A stretch of DNA of 64,000 nt, taken from contig OX597830.1 in NCBI GenBank assembly GCA_951406725.2, positions 20,460,001 to 20,524,000 on the forward strand, read 5' to 3'. The translations under genes were made by a program, and so were the position numbers. Below, in pieces: positions 1 to 14,303 of the stretch. This DNA comes from Octopus vulgaris. Lineage: Eukaryota. How positions within the stretch are numbered: the first letter of the stretch is position 1; each line of letters opens with the position of its first letter. The notes under the pieces were generated by a model. The model was given only the letters and a program-made list of their open reading frames with translations. It did no database searches and was not told where the DNA came from.

Positions 1-58
1 ATTATTGCTGTTGCTGTTCTTCTTTCCCTCCTTTTCCTCATCCTCCTTTTGTTTTTGT

Positions 59-222
59 TTATTTTGTTACTGTTGTTGTTGCCCACATTGTCATTGATGT
101 TGTTGTTGCTGTTGCTCTGGGGGGGGTGTAGTTGTTGTTGTTGTTGTTGTTGCTGCTGCTGCTGCTGTTGTAGTTGTTGCTGTCGTCGTTGTCGTCGTTG
201 CTATTGTTGTCGTCGTCGTCGG

Positions 223-253
<31 letters not shown>

Positions 254-431
254 AGTGGTGATGGTGGTGGTGGTGGTGCTGGTGCTGGTGCTGGTGGTGG
301 TTCTGGTGCTGGTGGTGGTGGTGGTGGTGCTGGTGGTGGTGTCGTCATTTATGTTGTCGAAAATGTAATTACCGCTGATGTTCTTGCCTGCAATGATCGA
401 CGACATTCCAACCGCGACCGTCTCCTCTCCA
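59..431 (-). CDS. Possible low-complexity (Thr/Asn-rich) exon of an unidentified host gene
   Basis: Minus-strand pyrimidine tract and ...tttaaag acceptor ending at 432, then an open frame GEETVAVGMSSIIAGKNISGNYIFDNINDDTTTS... to a TAA at 59. No recognisable domain; could equally be UTR. Confidence 0.2.
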
Positions 432-1104
432 CTTTAAACAGTGCGTCAAGAAAAGATAAAAGATAACATCGCAGACCAATGAGACATACTTTAATCACTG
501 GAGAATGTGGTCAGACAGAGTTTATGCTGCCATTTCTAGCACATTGACCAACCATCTAGAAGCCATCTTTTCTGGTCATGTGGCTTTCTTAGAACTACTT
601 CTGTCATTACATAACAACTCTGTGGGTGTCGCTGCTGATGGTGGTTCTAGTGATGATGTCGATCGTAGCGCATCGTTGCTGTTGCATGTGGTGGTGGTGG
701 TGGCTGTAGTGGCGTAGATGTTGATACTGTCATTGATGCTGTTGTTGTTGTTCTTCGTATTAGTGGTGGTGGTGGTGGTGGTGGTGGTGGTGGTGGTGGT
801 GGTGGTGGTGGTGGTGGTGGTGGTGGTGTTCGCGGTCGTCGTTGCCGTCATTGGTGGTGGCCATGATGGTGGCCATGATGGTGGTGACCATGATGGTGGT
901 GGCCATGATGGTGGTGATGGTGTATCGTTGTTGTTGTTCTTGGTGGTGGTGGTGGTGGTGGTGGTGGTGGTGGTGGTGGTGGTGGTGGTGGTGGTGGTGG
1001 TGGTGATGTGCCTATGTAATTGTTGTTGTTATTGTTGTTCTTCGAGTTGCTGCTGCTGCTGCTGCTACTGCTGCATTTACCACTCCAATTCCGTTTAATG
1101 TTGC

Positions 1105-1320
1105 TACTGAGTAGTTGGAGACATTGCTTGCACACATGATCGTAAGATTGCAATTTCAATCCCTGAACCGGGCAGGGCGTTGTGTTCATGAGCAAAACTC
1201 CTCATTTCACATTGCCCCAGTCCACTGAGCCGGCAAAAATGAGTAATCCTGCGAGGGACCAGCGTGCCACCCAAGGGCAAAAATATATACCAGAGAATCC
1301 GGAAAACCAGCCTTAAGCAA
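1105..1320 (+). mobile_element. Degenerate tRNA-derived CORE-like SINE (family C)
   Basis: gtgttcatgagcaaaactcctcatttcacattgccccagtccactgagccggcaaaaatgagta resembles the CORE domain and matches the better copy at 14047-14303. Confidence 0.7.
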
Positions 1321-1967
1321 CTATAGCTCGGGAAGGACTTTTGATTTCTTTTTATTAATGTTTATTATAATCATTGTTGTTGTTGTTATTATTATTATTA
1401 TTATTTGTGTCATTATTATTGAACTAGCCGAAATAAGATTAAGATTAATGTAAAAAATGAATAACGCTGAAGCAAAGAACACCAAATATATAGTGCGTGT
1501 GTTTTTATTGGCTAAACTGGCAAAATGACCATTCCTAAATACAACAATATTTGTTTCAACACACGATTTCACATCAAAAATCTTGCAAAACAAATATATA
1601 AAGGTAATAACATTGTTTGCAGCAAAGTGGACGCTGTGGTTTTAAACCGAGCTCTTTCAACGGCTAAATGGGAAAAGCGTATCTGATGGGCTTTCAACTC
1701 ATTTTTGGTCTAACAAATTTCACCGCTAGGGCTGATGGGATCCCAGGGTGCCACGGGATGAGATCGAACACGAAACTATGTTGTTGCGAAATGAATTTCT
1801 TCGGCTCGCCACCAAGTTTGTAGGCGATGACGACGACGACGGCGACGCTGATTCGAAGGGAACTTCTTAAACATATAATCTAATATTGTTATTGTTGTTG
1901 CTATTGATGATGTTGGTGGTGGTGGTGGTGGTGGTGGTGGTGGGGGTGGTGAGGATGATGATGATGG

Positions 1968-1999
<32 letters not shown>

Positions 2000-2199
2000 G
2001 TGATGATGGTGATGATGATGATGATGACGATGATGACGACGACGAGGATGACCATGATAAATGATAAAGATGACGATGACGATGTCGATGACAACGACAA
2101 TGATTATGATGTTTTGCGAGAGATGTCGTTGCTATTTCTAGCAAATCGAGCACCACGTAGGCTCAACCTTCAAATTCTGTGATGTTTAACTTCATTAAT

Positions 2200-3032
2200 C
2201 TTTTGCTCCACCTCCCTACTTCTCTCTTCCTCTCTCTCTCTTCCCTCTTTCTCTCTCCCTTTTCTCGCTTCTTCTCTCTCTCTCCGCTCCACCCCTCTGC
2301 CTCTCTCTTTGCTCCCATTCCCCTCCTTTTCTCCTTTCTCTCTCTTCTTTGCTCTCTCTCCGTCTCTCTCTGTTTCCTCTTCCTTCTACACCTCTCTCTC
2401 CCTCAACACTTCTTTCTCCCTATTCCATCTGCTACTTTTCTCTCCTCTCTCTGCAGCCTCTTTCCCCTCTCCTTTTCTCCCTTTATCGCCTCTCCTCCCA
2501 CCTTCCTCCCACTCCTCTTCTTTTTTCTTCTCTCTCTTTGTTTCTCACTCTCTCTACCTTTATTTTCTCTTCCCTCTAACATCTCTCTTCCCCCTCCATT
2601 TTTCGTCCTCCCCTCTCTCTACTTTTGTTTCACCCCATCTTCTCTCCTCTCTCCCTTTCGCCTTCATCTCCTTCCTCACTCTCCTCTCTCTCTCTTCTCT
2701 TCCCCCTCTCTCTCCCTTCTCTTTCCTCTCACTCTCTCTTTTTCCTCTCTTTCTCTTCTCTTTCCTCTCACTCTCTCTTTTCCCTCACTCTCTTCTCTTT
2801 CCTCTCTCTCTTCTCTTTCCTCTCTCTCTTCTATCTTCACTTTCCCCCCTCTCTCTTTCTTTCCTCTCTCTCTTCTATCTTCTATTTCTGTCTCTCACTG
2901 TCTCTATTCCTCAGTCTCTCTCTCTTTCTCTCTCTCTCTCTCTCCTTCTATTTCACTTCCTCTTCTCCAGCCCCCTTCCCCCTCCTCCTCCCCCTCTTCT
3001 TCATTCTCTCTCTCTCTCTCTCTTTCTCTCTC
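2200..3032. repeat. Degenerate (CT)n polypyrimidine tract, about 0.8 kb
   Basis: Near-pure C/T on the plus strand; source of the spurious 310 and 321 aa L/S/F/P ORFs. Confidence 0.9.
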
Positions 3033-3364
3033 GCCATCTACACTATACAGACTCGTACCTACCTCAGAAAACCATATCACTAATCCACTACAACGGTACA
3101 ATCCAGCATAAACAGTCAGAACGCAATCCTATAAATAATACTGCGATATTTTGTTACATTCGAAATGAGAAGTGGCCATTTGCCTTAATCAATACTTCTA
3201 TTCTGGAATCAGTTTGGTTTGTCTTGTACAGACACCAAAAGACCAGATGGTATAACTTTATGTCCTTGGATTAAGAGACACTCTTTGTTTACACTGGGAT
3301 GTCACTATAGAGAATTCTTTTGCTGCAAGTCATGTCCTTAATTCTATTGTTCCTGCTGGCTCGG

Positions 3365-3424
<60 letters not shown>

Positions 3425-3450
3425 TTATTATTATTATTATTATTATTATA

Positions 3451-3500
<50 letters not shown>

Positions 3501-3724
3501 TGTTGTTGTTATTGTTATTGTTGTTGTTATTGTTGTTGTCGTTCTTGTTATTGTTGTGGTTGTTATTGTTGTTGTGGTTGTTATTGTTGTTGTGGTTGTT
3601 ATTCTTCTTCTTTTCCTCCTCCTCCTCCTCCTCCTTCTTCTTCTTCGTCTTCTTCTTATTCTTATTCTTCTTCTTTTTCTTCTTCTTCTTCTTCTTCTTA
3701 TTATTATTATTATTATTATTATTA

Positions 3725-3786
<62 letters not shown>

Positions 3787-3855
3787 GGTATTATTATTAT
3801 TATTATTATTGTCATTATTATTATTATTATCATTATTATCATTATTATTATTATC
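3365..3855. repeat. Compound microsatellite (CTTT)n/(CTT)n/(ATT)n/(GTT)n
   Basis: Direct reading. Confidence 0.95.
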
Positions 3856-4139
3856 AAGACAGAACAAATAACGATTTCTAAATATTCACTAGCGAAAAGT
3901 TGGTCAGCCACTCCTAGTTCTTTCATTTTTTTGTTTTTTTATAATTTTTTCTTTTTCTTTTTTTTTCCTGTGAGTGTATGAGAAAGCGAATGGATTGAAG
4001 ATGTGGAAATATATAAATTCTCTTTTAAAAGCAAATTGTAATTTGCTTGACGCATTGCAACGTGTGTAAATGATACAAATGTTTGCAAAAAGAAAAATCT
4101 GAGTAATATGCAGGTAAAAAACAGGGTAAAATATATATA

Positions 4140-4305
4140 GGTGTAGGAGTGGCTGTGTGGTAAGTAGCTTGCTTATGAACCACATGGTTCCGGGTTCAGT
4201 CCCACTGCGTGGCACCTTGGGCAGGTGTCTTCTACTATAGCCTCGGGCCGACCAAAGCTTTGTGAGTGGATTTGGTAGGCCGGAAACTGAAAGAAGCCCG
4301 TCGTA
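4140..4305 (+). mobile_element. SINE family A, 5' half
   Basis: Head with box A-like tggctgtgtgg and box B-like ggttcagtccc, then gtggcaccttgggca..gtgtcttctactatagcctcggg, as in copies at 14655, 33900, 44278 and 62871. Confidence 0.85.
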
Positions 4306-4574
4306 TATATGTGTATATGAAGATATAATATTTCGGTAAAAGTTTCCCTTCTCACATAATAAAAAGAAAATAATCATAGAGTTCTAAAAAATATGTAGTT
4401 ATTGCAGTATGTTTTAAAGCGTTATGTTTATACAAAGCTAAATTTACTTATTTCATGGTTTCTTCTATAACTATATCTATAAACACGCATGTTTCTGCAT
4501 AGTTGTGCTTCATCATTACAGACGAACAGGTGAACGATTCAGCAGTATATGTTCAGTCTTCATTAAAAATTTTA

Positions 4575-4669
4575 AAAGAAAGAAAGAAAGAAGAAAAGAA
4601 AGAAAGTAGGGAAAAAGGAAAGAAAGAAAGAAAGAAACAAACAAAGAAAAAGAAAGAAAGAAGGAATGA

Positions 4670-4709
<40 letters not shown>

Positions 4710-4775
4710 AGGAAAGAAAGAGAAGAAAAAGAAAGAAGGAAAGAAGGAAAGAAGGAAAGAAAGAAAAAAGAAAAC

Positions 4776-4852
<77 letters not shown>
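4575..4852. repeat. (GAAA)n microsatellite
   Basis: Direct reading. Confidence 0.95.
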
Positions 4853-4853
<1 letters not shown>

Positions 4854-5039
4854 GTAAAGGTCAGAGGAATGGATATGTCTCTTCAACTGCGAAGACCATG
4901 GCATTATTTCGGAGTTCAAATCCGGGCGGTACACGAAATCGTTCAATTTTAACATTTTTGTAAGGCGTGAGCCATGTTTTAGTACTTATATGTTTTATTA
5001 TTTCGATAGGTAGTGGGTAGCGATTTTCTTCAATACTTC

Positions 5040-5260
5040 AGGGAGTGATGACCCTGCATGACAAGAGTCCCAGGCTCAGCAGGCTCCGGCTGACAGTACT
5101 CGGTATGGGCCCCTATCCAGGATTATGGAAAGGAGACAACCTTCGAAGAAATTCGGAGTGGAGCCCCGTAGGCGGGTTAGAGTTCGACCGGACACTCTTC
5201 CGGCAGCTCCTGCAACCAAGCTGGTGCCAAACGTAATGCTCTACACGCCTTTGGACTACA
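5040..5260 (+). mobile_element. Probable RTE-clade LINE 5' UTR fragment
   Basis: GC-rich segment (aaattcggagtggagccccgtaggcgg...ccggcagctcctgcaaccaagctggtgccaaacgta...ctttggactac) resembling RTE 5' UTRs as I recall them. No ORF follows. Confidence 0.45.
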
Positions 5261-5925
5261 AAAAACAAAAAAACATTAGAATATAATTCGAGGGCGATTT
5301 GGGGTCAGTATCCAGCAATTCGGGCAACCTCGTGGAAGCGCCGCGTTCGTCGTCGTCGTCGTTGCTGTTGTTGTAGTTGCGTCATTTATTGTTATTACTT
5401 TTGTTCCTTTTTTTTTGTTGATGCGTTCTTCTTCATCATCGTCACTACCACCTCCACCCGCTTCCCCCACCACCGTACTCCTCCTCCTCCTCCTCTTCCA
5501 TCACCACCACCCCTTGCACTTCCTATTCCTTATCATCATCATCATCATCATCATCATCATCGCCTTTTTACCTTCTTTTTCTTCTTCATCATCGTCACCG
5601 TGATCATCATCATCATCATCGTATCCTCATCATCATCCTCATCATCATCAGCAGCAGCAGCAGCAGCAGAAGTTGCATCTTTTTCTTCTTCTTTTTGTCC
5701 TTCCTTTCTTTTTTCTGTCTGTCTTTCTTTTTCTTTCCTCTGCACATCTCCTCCTCTACTTCCTTTTCTTTTCTCACTCTTCACACTCAGCCCCTCACTC
5801 ACTGTCTCCCTTTTTCTCTCTATCTCCCTATCTATCAATCTCCTTCCCTTTCCGTTTCACCAGCTCACCCTTCTCTTTCTCTCCTTTATTCTTTCATTCC
5901 CCCACCTCCACACCTCTCCCTTCAC

Positions 5926-6074
5926 CATTGACAGAGCTCGCTTAGTTTACCATAAACCCCACCACCACAACCACCACCACTAACACTACCACCCCCATTA
6001 CCACCAACTCCAACCCCACTAGCACCACCACCACCACCGCCACCACCGCCGCCACAACAAGCATCATCTCCCAT
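5926..6074 (-). CDS. Candidate first coding exon MGDDACCGGGG...VYGKLSELCQ
   Basis: ATG in strong Kozak context (agcATGG), Gly-rich frame, possible phase-2 donor TG|GTGAAG, and a CpG-richer island just upstream at about 6340-6560. No homology recognised. Confidence 0.25.
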
Positions 6075-6621
6075 GCTTCCAACATATCTGTCGCTTTTTC
6101 GCCATTGTTCGTCACACACGCCTGGACATTGAACCTTCTTGCCAGCCGACAAGGAACGGGACCAAGCAGGAGCAATTATCGTAATGGCACTGTTGAAGTG
6201 ACCCTTCAAATCCCGGGACAAAACAACAACAACAACAACAACAACCACAAACAAACAAACAAAATCTACATTTACAACAACGAATGCAAAAATGACACTC
6301 TTTCATTTTCTCGCTTATTCTTCTTCTCCTCTTCTTCTCCTTTTCTCAGACGTACTCTCCCTCCCGTACCGCGAGCCTCTCCAGTAGACGCCCCCCGCTC
6401 CGTCCCTATCGGCTCAGAACAGGCGTGAATTGATCAGTTAGCGGTCCGTTTTATGTCTTTGACCACTGGCCAGATCTATGCCGCCTTTCTCAGTCAATCT
6501 CGTTAATTTGGCGGTAAATTCTCATTTTTTATTCGCCAACCGCTGTCACGACTCTACTTGTCTGACCACGAAAAGGGAAGTGTGGGAGTCAAAGAGAAGG
6601 AAAGAGAAGAGAAAGACTGTG

Positions 6622-6670
<49 letters not shown>

Positions 6671-7090
6671 TGGGGAAGGAGAGAAGAAAATGAGATAAGA
6701 ACTTTGGTAGAAAATGTTTCTTTATTTCTTTTTTGGTTAAAGCCATTGGGCCGCGGCCAAACTGAGGCATCATCTTCGAGAAATATTTTTAGTTGATCTC
6801 ATAGGCCCTAGTACTGAATCATGTCTGGTACTTATTTTATTGGTGTAAATTTTACCGAATCACCGATTGTTACACAAGTCAGCATAAACAAAGTCACATA
6901 TACACGCTTAATATAGATGTACATATCGATATAAACTTACACATGTAAATATACATATATCTATACTTCCACGTGTCCATATATATATATAATATAATAT
7001 AATATAATATAATATAATATAATATAATATTATATAATATAATATAAATGTGTACTTACATATAAGAGAATAAAGTGTACGTACGCCACC

Positions 7091-7298
<208 letters not shown>

Positions 7299-7367
7299 CA
7301 AAATGGGACAAGAACGCAAAAAATCCAAATAAACGATACAAAAAACACGGACGGGTCATTCGAAGCT

Positions 7368-7845
7368 TATCATCTCGAAAGAGTCCAGAAGATGGCTACC
7401 CGCATGGTTCTTGGTCTCAAGCATTTGTCTTATGAAGAAAGGCTGAAGACGCTCGACCTTTATTCTCTAGAAAAACGACGACGCCGTGGTGATCTCATTC
7501 TCGCTCACAACGTCATAAGCGGAAAGTGTAACCTCTCGAAAGAGCTGTTCTTCACTCCTGCTCCAGAGCGTCGGCTGCGGGGTCATTCCGAAAAGCTCTA
7601 TCTGCGACGATTTCATCTCAGTCGAAGGAGAGGGGCTTTCTCCGTCCGGGTTGCGGATCCGTGGAATAAGCTGCCGGACGAGATAATGAAGATGCCGACG
7701 ACCGCTCGGTTCAGTCTCTCTTGACCAGAAACGGCCTGAACTCTTTGCATGAACACCCTCCCGGTACATAACTCCATGTCTCCCTACATGACCTTGCTTT
7801 TTGCTTTTTGAGCCAAAAAATTAACTTAACTAACTTAACTTAACT
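7368..7845 (+). mobile_element. 5'-truncated CR1-clade LINE (ORF2 C-terminus and 3' tail)
   Basis: [43 protein letters not shown]...LRGHSEKL...[13 protein letters not shown] is the typical CR1 ORF2 C-terminus. Ends in an imperfect (TAACT)n tail; near-TSD cttatc/ctaatc. Confidence 0.9.
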
Positions 7846-8450
7846 CTAATCTTCAGTCAAGAACCGGATCATCCTCGCAATTTCGGCTGATTAATCTTGA
7901 GATTGCTCCAATCTGGCCATCCCCTAGGAAAAGCTAAGCTAAGAGCATTAGATTCCTCGGAAAAAGGATCGAATGTGTACAAAACAAAGACAGAAAAACG
8001 GACGATGTTACACGAATATAAATACAAAAAAAAAAACGAAAACAAAAAATAATACGAATATAAATGCAAAACATAATATATAAATATATGCATATAAACA
8101 TACATATATGTACATACCTACGTATGTATGTATATAAACATGCATCTATAGGTACAGGACATAATAAAAAACGTTGAACACAATGAAAAACGAAAACATA
8201 AAAACAAAAACAGAAACAAACTTCTTTTTCGAACAACGAAAACAGAGTACAAGACATACAACACAAGGAATATTCCCCTTCTTCAGTTGTCCCCTGTTTC
8301 ATCTACTCCGCGTTCGATGGCAAGCACAAGACGTGACTTTATTGAAACAGTCCTTCCAGCAAAGCAAATTAAATAAAATTTGGGATCTTTTGCGGAGGGT
8401 AAAAGTGGTAACAAGAACAGAACAGTGAGAACAAAACAGTAAAAACATAT
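7846..8450 (-). repeat. Two interspersed repeats, possibly Penelope-associated terminal sequences
   Basis: 7846-8020 continues 7296-7366 across the CR1 insertion and is similar to 45900-46150. About 8090-8450 is the reverse complement of 36860-37200. Confidence 0.6.
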
Positions 8451-8647
8451 ATATATATATAACTTATAAACAAGGGCAAAGGAAAAAAATTCTAATGCCA
8501 AATATGCCGAAAATAGACAAGTCGTCAATAACCATATAATTTAACACTATAAATTGTTTATAAGTTGTTAATAATTTAACCTTTAAAGATATTTTTTGAT
8601 ATGCTGGCCATTGATAGAATTTTTTTCGAAAAGTTTTATACTATATT

Positions 8648-8716
<69 letters not shown>

Positions 8717-8968
8717 TATATGGGAAAAGAAAACGGAGAAACTGACATATACACACCAATTTATTAGAACATAATACAATTCTGAACAATATCAACTGCT
8801 TACACTCAATATCTTTAGCGGGACACCAGTTTATATATGCATCTACCTGACGTCAACAGACGTAATGCAACACAATATGATGCACCATCATCCCACATAT
8901 AGGGCACAGATGCAGGATGGGTCGTACGGAATAAAGACTAATAGCAAATCTGTCTTCCGTTTATTTAA

Positions 8969-9032
<64 letters not shown>

Positions 9033-9211
9033 CACACACATATGTATGTGTGTGTGTGCAATGTTATTACCAGTTCAAATATGCTTGTGGTACGTTCGAA
9101 CCCGTAACAAAGCCATTCACTATGTTTTGTTATGGAGAAAATTGCTTGTTGTAGACAAATGGTGTACATATACCAAAATCAGCTCGCTGCGCCACCTACC
9201 CAGACAGTGAG

Positions 9212-9250
9212 ATGGAAGCCTTTCGGAGTGGTTATCTCTTCTTCAGCCAC
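9212..9250 (-). ncRNA. Minimal type I hammerhead-like motif (degenerate)
   Basis: Minus strand: gtgg CTGAAGA agagataaccactcc GAAA GGC TT ccat. Confidence 0.5.
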
Positions 9251-9271
9251 AGAAACAGGACAAGGTTTGTG

Positions 9272-9305
<34 letters not shown>

Positions 9306-9439
9306 CGTACGTATGTATGTACGTATGTATGTATGTATGTATACGTGCAGATTTGTAATGCTTTGTTTTATGTATATATATATATATATATATATATTCT
9401 TATGCATATAGTTGCATATCTGACATGCTCATATGTACT

Positions 9440-9650
9440 TAAATGATAAACCTCTGTAAAGTTTCACAGATTTTTACAGTTCTAGTAGTCTTTGAATTAG
9501 CTTTCTCCTTTCTGGTTTTGAGTAGCCCGATTTCTCAAGATTGGTATTTAGGCAGTGTGTTACATATCCTAGGGCCTCAATAATTTCAGGTATAAACCTG
9601 AACTTGTAATCTGGATAGAGTAACTGCAGACTTCTCAATAGCTCAGCATT
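9440..9650 (-). mobile_element. R4/Dong-like LINE C-terminal fragment
   Basis: AELLRSLQLLYPDYKFRFIPEIIEALGYVTHCL resembles the P-x-x-IGALG region that follows the restriction-like endonuclease of R4/Dong elements. Confidence 0.6.
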
Positions 9651-10710
9651 GGTGTTCATGTATTTATGTATGTATATATGCATGTATGTATGTAAGTAAA
9701 GTATGCATGTATATGTGTATGTATTATGTATGTACATAATATATATATATATATATATGCGTGCGTGTGTGTATGTCTGTGTTTTACTACTTCATTTAAC
9801 GTTTCCTGTCTTCACGCACTTCATACATTGTTCTTTTTGCTTTCTCTTCTTCATATCTTAGTTTAAGAATTTCCTCTTGAAATAAAATGCTACATTCTTA
9901 CGTAATTTTGCCCTACATTTGCACACAATCTAATCACCCTTTGCACATTGCTCTTGCCATCACAATTGCATCACCAACGGCTTCTTTGCCGCGTATTCGC
10001 ATCCGTCTTCACCTTCGAACTTGAACGTTCTCATATCATCATCCTTACAATAACATACACATCCACACAAACACACACACACAAACACACACAAATACAC
10101 ACACACTCACACATCCAAACACACTGGCGCACGTGACCTCCACTTACGCACACCGTTATGCTTTCACACTTATACATCTCTATATATATACATACGCCAC
10201 ACTAAAACAGCCTCATGCATCATTCCCCTCTTAAGCCTTCTTCTAGGCAACGAAACACACATTTCTCTGCATCTACACCCGAGCTCTTCCTCCTTTCTAA
10301 ATACCTCTATACATCAGCATTCTCACCTGGTTCCTAACATTTCTGCCCACTTTGTGGTTTTTCATTATTTATCTTCCTCACTTTCTCTTGTGTTCTCCCT
10401 TTCTTTTGATAAAGGTCATACGTCCGAAAAGTTGTGGCTCTTTTTCCTCGCACTGAAGCGTTAAACTAATACCACATTTGTTAATCTTTGTCCCTTCTGT
10501 ATTGTCCATTTTATTGTTCCTTGTAGTTACACCACACTGCAGCACACGCACGCGCACACACACACACACTCACAAACACACGCATACAAATATTCAGTAT
10601 TCACGTGTAATGTAGAGCAGCTAACACATTCAGATATCCATGTAAACATAACACAAATATACATGCAGGGTATGTATGAGTATATTTATGCATGTATGTA
10701 TGTAGGTGTG

Positions 10711-10744
<34 letters not shown>

Positions 10745-10869
10745 TGTAGGTAGGTAGGTAGGTAGGTAGGTAGGTAGGTACGTACGTACGTAGGTAAGTA
10801 GGTAGATGTATATAAATACATACAATATTGGTCTATCTTTCTACATACTTAGAATTAAATATATGAATA

Positions 10870-11199
10870 TATATAAGTATGTATATAGGGAAATAACTAT
10901 AAAGCATTTTTAGAAGTTATAGCCAAAAATAGCAAAAAAATGGAAAAAAATATGGTAAATTTTTTTGAGATTTAAAAAGGTGGAGTTGCGTCCCCTAGAC
11001 AGTTTGTTGTTCGTGTTTCTGATTCTATGTCGAATTTATCGATTTTCTTCAGAACTGGGGGAACTTTTCAAAATTTTCGCTGCGTTAGTTTTGAATATAT
11101 ATGTGTGTGTCAAGTTTCATCAGAATCGGTTGAAAGCCGTGGTCAGGTGTGTGACACACAGTAACACGCACAGACAAACTGCCGTTTATATATAGAGAG
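10870..11199 (-). mobile_element. Non-autonomous Helitron/Helentron-like fragment
   Basis: Minus strand begins TCTCTATATATAAAcggcagtttgtctgtg (Helitron-type 5' end); the plus strand has aagtttcatcagaatcgg, typical of such elements. Confidence 0.55.
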
Positions 11200-11519
11200 A
11201 TATTTGTGTGTGTGTGCGTGTGTGTGTATTATATATTGTGTATATTTCACAAAAAGGTAGTTAAATATATTAATATGTATACTTCACGGACATATGCAGC
11301 GTGTATATCACGGAAGACGATCTATGCACACACACACACACACTCATATATGCACACACACGCGCATACAACCACATGCATACACACACGCACACATACA
11401 CACACACACACACAGCTACACATTCATCTGCTGTATACGCTTGCACCAATATTGTCTTGAAGTTTTGACACAAGGTCAGCAGTTTTTTGAAGAAAGGTTT
11501 AAGTTGATTATTTCGAAAC

Positions 11520-11667
11520 CAGTGCACGACTGGCACTGATTTTATCGACCCCCTAAAGAGATGAAAGTTAAAGTCAACCGCGGTGGAATTTGATCTCGGA
11601 ACGTGAAGACGGACGAAATGCCGCTAAGCATTTTGCCCGGCGTGCTAACGTCTCTGCCAGCTCGCCT
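11520..11667 (-). mobile_element. SINE family B (tRNA head + Meta-like domain), partial
   Basis: Minus strand ggcgagctggcagagacgttagcacgccgggcaaaatgcttagcgg...gttgactttaactttcatc...ggggtcgataaa. Confidence 0.8.
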
Positions 11668-11761
11668 CCTTACGCACAAACTAATATCAATACAAAGAAA
11701 GCTATACTTCCACAAAAACCTAGTTTCGCAATTTCTGCTGTTTCTACTACTACTTCTACTA

Positions 11762-11795
<34 letters not shown>

Positions 11796-11974
11796 AACTA
11801 CTGCTACTACTACTGCTGCTGCTGGTACTGCTGCTCCTGCAACTACTGCTACTACTACTGCTGCTGCTGGTACTGCTGCTGCTGGTACTAATACTAATAC
11901 TACAACAACTACTAGTACTGCTACTGCTACTACTACTACTACTACTACTGCTGCTACTGCTGCTGCTATTACTG

Positions 11975-12020
<46 letters not shown>

Positions 12021-12227
12021 ATAGTCCACACACAGTCCTTAAGGTTATTGTACTCGGTCGCCCACCTCGCTAGAAATAGCAGGGAGATCTGCAAATCACA
12101 TTGTACCATCTTATGTAAAGTCTGACTCCTATAATGAAGTCTCACACACTCATAAAGGGACGATGTGGTCATAGGCGGAGTACCTTTGACCATGGGTTTT
12201 CTCGAATATCAATTTTCTCGAATATAA

Positions 12228-12258
<31 letters not shown>

Positions 12259-12443
12259 CGAAAATTTTCATACACCTTTGACATACATACACGCTACGAT
12301 GCGTGCACACTTGTATTAATATATATACACACACACATGAACATGCGCTCACACACACATCAATACACTCACTCACACACACACAAACATACAGCAGTCT
12401 ACATTAAGAGCTATATGAAAAGTGGGATTCATATATACATACA

Positions 12444-12458
<15 letters not shown>

Positions 12459-12477
<19 letters not shown>

Positions 12478-12693
12478 TTTGTACTTGTTTCAGTCATTTG
12501 ACTGCGGCCATGCTGGAGCACCGCCTTTAGAGTGGTGAAAGAGTACAGCAGGGATCACCACCTCCTGCCGGAGCCTCGTGGAGCTTTTAGGTGTTTTCGC
12601 TCAATAAACACACACAACGCCCGGTCTGGGAATCGAAACCGCGATCCTCCGACCGCAAGTCCGCTGCCCTAACCACTAGGCCATTGCGCCTCC
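12459..12693 (-). mobile_element. Chimeric SINE: family D tRNA head joined to family A tail and poly(A)
   Basis: Head ggaggcgcaatggcctagtggttagggc...ggtttcgattccc followed by ctaaaggcggtgctccagcatggccgcagtcaaatgactgaaacaag and an A-run. Confidence 0.7.
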
Positions 12694-13090
12694 ATATATA
12701 TATATATACTGTTTTGTTCTTTTACTTGTTCCATTTATTTTCACTGCGCCCGTGCTGGGGCACCACCTTTAGTCGAGCAAATCAACCCAGGACTGTAAGC
12801 CTAGTATCTATTCTATTGGTCTTTCTTGCCGAACTGCTAACTTACGGAAGCATAAAACATCAACATCAGTTGTCAAGCGATCGTGGGGTGGGGGACAACA
12901 TATACACACAAATACATACATACATACATACATACATACATACATACATACATGCATATATAAATATACATATATATACATATATATATATATGTGTGTG
13001 TGTGTGTATATATAAATGTATGTATGTATGCATATATATATATATCTATATATGTATGTATGTATATATATATGTGTGTGTGTGTGTACG

Positions 13091-13121
<31 letters not shown>

Positions 13122-13174
13122 CGGTAGCCACTACACACATTTTTTCTCTCCTTGTTTGTTTTTGTGAATTCTCC

Positions 13175-13211
<37 letters not shown>

Positions 13212-13507
13212 CGCAGGCATGGCTGTGTGTTCCGGGTTCAATCCTACTTCGTGGCACCTTGGAATAGTGTCTTAGAGACCGATAGGATAAGTACCAGGCT
13301 CACAAAGAATAAATCCTGGGGTCGATTTGTTCGACTAAAAGGCCGTGCTCCGGTATGGCCGCAGTTAAATTACTGAAACAAATAATAAAAGAATAAAAGA
13401 ATATACCCCTGCATAATCACAGACACATTCTGAAAAGCATACATATACATACACACATTTACACGAACATGCAACGCATACAGGCACATATACAGACATA
13501 CATACAG

Positions 13508-13576
<69 letters not shown>

Positions 13577-14046
13577 GTAATTGTTTGAATAGTATATATA
13601 TATACATATACATAGTTATATATACCGCCTTTATAGTGGTTATATATATATATATATATATATATGCCGTATATCGTGGAATATATATAGGTGAATATTA
13701 TATCAATATACATATACATAGTTATGGGATATATATATTTATATCCTTATATATATATATATATAATATATATATATGCGCTATATATGAATATATATAT
13801 ATGTGAATATTATATATATATACATATACATAGTTATATATATATATATTTATATACTTATATATATATATATATATACAAACACATGCATATACACACA
13901 TATACCTACATAAATACATACGCATAGGTCCTTGCATACATAACACCCGTAACATAAATACATACATACCGTCTGCTCTATTTGCTCAATGTACAATCAC
14001 ATATACATACACAAACGCATACTGCGTATACACATATATGAATAAA

Positions 14047-14303
14047 TTAAAAATAAATGCGCCCTTTTAAAGCCTAGCCAGGCTCACGGGCCCGGTTTCC
14101 CAGTTTCTATGGCATATGTGTTCCCCAGCTGGACGGGACGCTGGTCCACCGCAGCGTTATTCACTTTTGCCACCTGAGTGGACTGGAGCAACGTGAAAAG
14201 AAGTGTTTTGCTCAAGAACCCAACGCGTCGCCCGGTCCAGGAATCGAAATCACAATCTTACGATCGTGAGGCTGACACCCTAACCACTTACCCAAGCGCC
14301 TCC
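14047..14303 (-). mobile_element. tRNA-derived CORE-like SINE (family C), near full length
   Basis: ggaggcgc...agtggttagggtg...ttcgattcc head, then gttcttgagcaaaacacttc...ctccagtccactcag CORE-like block and 3' tail. Confidence 0.85.

Noticed and set aside
7846-7930. GAAA...CTGAAGA order (also near 8285, 36980 and 45990) as a permuted hammerhead
   Set aside because: Could not form stems II and III or place a UH cleavage site consistently.
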